DNA from: Rhizaria sp. SCN 62-66
Lineage: Eukaryota
Direction of reading: 5' to 3'
NCBI GenBank assembly: GCA_001724265.1
Contig: MEDY01000112.1
Location: 1 to 64,000, forward strand
Length of the DNA stretch: 64,000 nucleotides
The position numbers and the translations under genes were made by a program. Positions 60,409-64,000 of the stretch are shown here, one piece after another. A model generated the notes under the pieces. It ran no database searches. It worked only from the letters and a program-made list of their open reading frames with translations, and was not told where the DNA came from. Every line of letters begins with the position of its first letter. Positions within the stretch are counted from its first letter, which is position 1.

Positions 60409-60879
60409 TCAGCGGCGGGCGTCCTCCTCGCCGGCCGGCGTGGTCGAGTACCGGTGGTCGGGCTGCTGGATGGGCTCATATCGCATGCCCTGGTGCTGCG
60501 GCGGCGCCAGCGACGCGGCGGGCGACGCGCCGTAGGATCGCTGCGTGGGCTGCTGGTACTGCTGCTGCGGCGACAGCGCGGGGGCGGCTGCGGGGGCGGT
60601 GTAAGGCTGGCCCGGCACGTGCGGCGGCGGGGGCTGCGCGGGGTAGCCGGGCGGCACGTAGCCGTCGCGGTACACCGTCACCACGTTTTGCTGCGGGGGG
60701 GAAGGACAAGGGCGTGGAAAGAGAAAGAGTGAGGGGACGGAGAGGGCGGGGCAGCGGCGCGGAGGAGCGGGGTCGGGGTTCGAGAAGAGTCGTACCTTGG
60801 GGCGAAGAATCATGAAGGGGATCGTCACGCCGATGGCGAGGACGAAGAATTTACCAATGTCACTAAGCACACGACTCAT
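60409..60879 (-). CDS. Small protein with N-terminal TM/signal anchor and Pro/Gln/Tyr-rich tail, 2 exons, ~121 aa
   Basis: MSRVLSDIGKFFVLAIGVTIPFMILRPK|QNVVTVYRDGYVPPGYPAQPPP...; 105-nt in-frame intron 60691-60795 (AAG|GTACGA...CCCGCAG|). Ends TGA. Confidence 0.75.
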   Translation of the reverse strand: MSRVLSDIGKFFVLAIGVTIPFMILRPKVRLFSNPDPAPPRRCPALSVPSLFLFPRPCPSPPQQNVVTVYRDGYVPPGYPAQPPPPHVPGQPYTAPAAAPALSPQQQYQQPTQRSYGASPAASLAPPQHQGMRYEPIQQPDHRYSTTPAGEEDARR

Positions 60880-61237
60880 GTTCGTAGCTGAATGCACAGA
60901 TATATCACTTGTATCACGACAGGTCGAACCATCAGCCTAGCTTGTCACTCCGCCGGTTCGATCCATCGTTCTGCTTCATGCATCGAACCAGTTTGTGGTC
61001 AGATCACATCCAACTTAAAAACTCATTTAAAACAGTCTCTAAACCAGATCAGAGCTCGAAGTATAATAATAAAGTAACTATTGTATTTAAATGTCGTTTT
61101 AAAAGCCGCACGAGGCCCTCCTCTGATCATTGTCGGATAGCTTCGTTCACACGCGTAAAGCTCGCTGATCGAGCTTGCTAATCGAGTCTCGAGAACACAT
61201 TGCACAGCTGTCGCCCTGCCGCCGTCACCCTAGGCCC

Positions 61238-64000
61238 TCACACGTCTGTGTAGAGCGAGCTGGCAAAGGGCAGCCCCCTGCGCACGGCGGCCTCGGCCTG
61301 CTCGAACTTGGCCATCAGCGCCTCGTTGCCAACCGTGCGCGCGGCGTCGACGAGCTGCAGCAACAGCTCCGCGAGGCGCCGCAGCAGGCGCACGATGGAG
61401 CCCGGGTGCGCGTCAGTCATGTTGCACACGTCGACGAACGCGGCGCCGCGCGCCCACGCGAGCACGGGCGCCGCCATGCCGTGCCGGAAGCCAGCCAGGT
61501 AGGCCGGCTTGTCCACGCGTTGCCCACACTCGGTTGACAAATCGGCGACGCGCTCGACGATGGCGCGCAGGCGCGCGACGGGCGGCGCCAGCTCGGCGGG
61601 CAGCGGGTCGCGGTCGCTGCTCGAGCGGTCCGTCTCGAACAGGACCGTGAGCAGCGCCGCCACCTGAGCAGGCTCGTACGCCGCGAACGAGTTGTCGAAC
61701 ACAAGCTCCGTCAGGACCAACTCGTCGACGGCCTCGACGTGCGCGGCGAAGCGACCCAGCACGGTCAGCATCCCGTCGGCCGTGGCGTAGCCCAGGCGCC
61801 GCAGCACGCGCAGGCGCGCCGCGAGCTCGGCCGTGAACACGTCCACCAGCTCGCCACCGCCATCGCTGCTGCTGCTGCTGGCTGAGTCGCCAGATCCCGA
61901 AGCCGGGCCAGTGAGGGCGGCGTGAGCGAGAGGGCTCGACAGCGCGGCCTGCAGCGCCGCCGCGGACCCCGCCGGACCAGAGCTCGGGGCAGTGGAGCTG
62001 GAGCTAGAGGAGCCGGCTGCGAAGCGCGCGCGCTGCTGCGCGGTGATCTGCGTGGTTTGGTTGACGCCGAAGACGCCCGACTGCGCGGCCTCGGTCAGCG
62101 CGGCCGCGCGGCGCAGCGCGTGTGCCAGCGAGCCCGCGGTCGCGGCCGAGACGAGGCCATGCGCGGCCGCCAGCGCGTCCAGCGTGCTCACGGTCACTGC
62201 ACTGCTGCTGCTGCTGCTACTGCTCACGGTCACTGAGGTGGCGGCTGTGGGCGCGGGCAGCTGCACGTCTGTCTCACCGGCATTGGCAGCCGCACCGTCA
62301 TCGGTAGCACGAACGCTCATGTTCATGGGGGACTTCTTGGCGTCGTTCTGCTCTGCGTGTGCCTCGGCAGACTCGACACCCGTGGTCCCACAAGCATCAG
62401 CATCAGCGGCAGCTTGTGCATTAGCATCCGCGCTGTCAGCCTCGCGGAAACGCTTCTCCCTCGACGCAACAGCAGCCACAACACTAGCGGTATCACTAGC
62501 ATCATGCGCACTCGCATTGACACGCGAGTCAACCGCTGTTGCAGTCGCCGGCGTCTTGCTGAGAGCAGGCACGCGCACAGTCGCAAACGGCTCAGCCAGC
62601 CCCTTGCCCTTAGCCCCGCTCCCGCCCTCAGCCCCAGCCCCGGCCAGTGCGCCGACCAGCGCGCCCCCACTCTGCAGCGTCACTCGGCCGTGTCCAGCAA
62701 GCGCGGCGCGGACCTTGCGCGCGAGCGGGACCTCCCTGGCCGCCGCTACAGCCGCGGCCGCGCGCGCGAGGGCCGCGAGGTTGAACCCGCGCGGGTCGAC
62801 GCCCATATCATCGAAGGGCGAGAGCAGCGGCAGGGCGCCGGGCAGCCCCGCGGCGGCGTGCGCGCGGTGCGCCAGCGCCACAGCCTCGAACACAGCGGCC
62901 TGTTCGGCGGCGCCGCGGACGTCCGCGGGCAGCGCCACGCGCACGGCCGAGACCTTGTGCAGCATCGGCAGCGACACGCGGACGACGTCGTAACGCACCG
63001 AGGAGGCCTGCGCCGACTGCGCGCGCGCCTGCAGCTGCGACAGACTCAACCCTGACACCGCCGCATCAGCGTTGGCGATTGCATTAACGGCAGCGCCAGT
63101 GTTTGCAGTGGCGTGGAACGCAGAGGCTGCGAGCCGCTGCAGCCAGCCGGGCTCGACCGGGAGCGGCACTGTCACCGCGGGCGGCGCGGGGCCCGCGTCG
63201 AGCTGCTGACTCGAGGGTGGCGGCGCGACGGTGATCGTACCAGCCACGGGCACAAGCACGTCGACGTCGTAGGTCCAGGGCTCGAAGCGCTTCCAGACGG
63301 TCAGCACCACGGCCCAGCCGAAGTCGCGGCCGGTGTGCGCGAGCAATGTCGCCGCGTCCGCCGCCGACCGCGTGGAAGCCACGTTCGAGCCAGTACCAGC
63401 GCTGTTGCCGCGCACTGCGCGAGCAGACACAGACGATGTTGCATCATGTTGTGTCGAGGGGACGTCGCCAGAGTTGTCAGTATTGCTGCCGTCCTCCTCC
63501 TCATCATCTTCGTCAACGTCGCTGTCACTGAAGCTGTTTGCGGCGGCGCCAGCGGTGGCGGCGCGGCCGGCCTGCGCGCGCCAGAGCTCAGGCGCCGTGG
63601 CCGAGGGCCGCAGCATGCGCCACTTGCCGCCCATCACGGCCGCCACCTCCTCGCGCATGCCGCGCCGCCGCCGGTCCCCGCCGCCGCCATTGGCGCCGCC
63701 GGTCAAGGCTGCGTCCTAGCCGAGCGCGAGACCCAGCCCGATGCTGGCGCTGGCGGCCGAGGCCAGGTCGGCCACCGCGGCGGCCGCGGCGTCGGCGTCG
63801 GCCGACGCGCCCGCAGGCACCGCCGCTGCGGCCGCTGCGGCGGCGGCGACGGCGGCGGCGACGGAGAATGCGCGCGGCGGCGCGGGGGGGCCGAAAGAGT
63901 CTAGCACTGGCTCTAGCCCCCAGCCGTCGCAGCCCGCCCAGCCGGCAGCCTCGGCGCGCGCGCGGCGAGACCGCTGCGCCGCCGACAGGACCGTGCGCGG
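61238..64000 (-). CDS. MTR4: Mtr4-like (Ski2-family) exosome RNA helicase, C-terminal part (arch/KOW + DSHCT); in-frame TAG at 63716-63718; 5' end outside the window
   Basis: DFGWAVVL (KOW); ELAARLRVLRRLGY...GRFAAHVEAVDELVLTELVF; AWARGAAFVDVCNMTDAHPGSIVRLLRRLAELL...GN..L..KF....RRGLPFASSLY. Frame is open to the window edge except for one TAG. Ends TGA. Confidence 0.93.

Overview
Gene-dense, GC-rich eukaryotic (protist-like) nuclear DNA with 14 protein-coding genes (2 cut by the window edges), short AT-richer spacers and short GT-AG introns (~105-245 nt, donors GTACG/GTGCG/GTATG). Genes: RPS13 (partial); a giant intronless Sushi-REJ-GPS-5TM polycystin-1-like receptor (~8,430 aa); a Gly-rich membrane protein; an Old Yellow Enzyme; a mitochondrially targeted protein that may have a degenerate Dam-type methyltransferase fold; NKAP; a secreted protein; an inflated NOA1/YqeH GTPase; an ENTH-NZF-RhoGEF-PH protein; a second secreted protein; a Sel1-repeat protein; ZNF830; a small membrane protein; Mtr4 (partial). 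Main observation: five in-frame TAG codons interrupt three otherwise intact genes (17394, 22023, 26073, 59993, 63716). There is no internal TAA/TGA and no frameshift, and all 13 visible gene ends are TAA or TGA. This points to a nuclear genetic code in which UAG alone is sense (Glu or Gln favoured) while UAA and UGA remain stops. Second pattern: most start codons lie 0-11 nt after a 3' splice-site-like YAG (5'UTR introns or spliced-leader trans-splicing). All domain calls are from motif recognition by eye; no searches were run.
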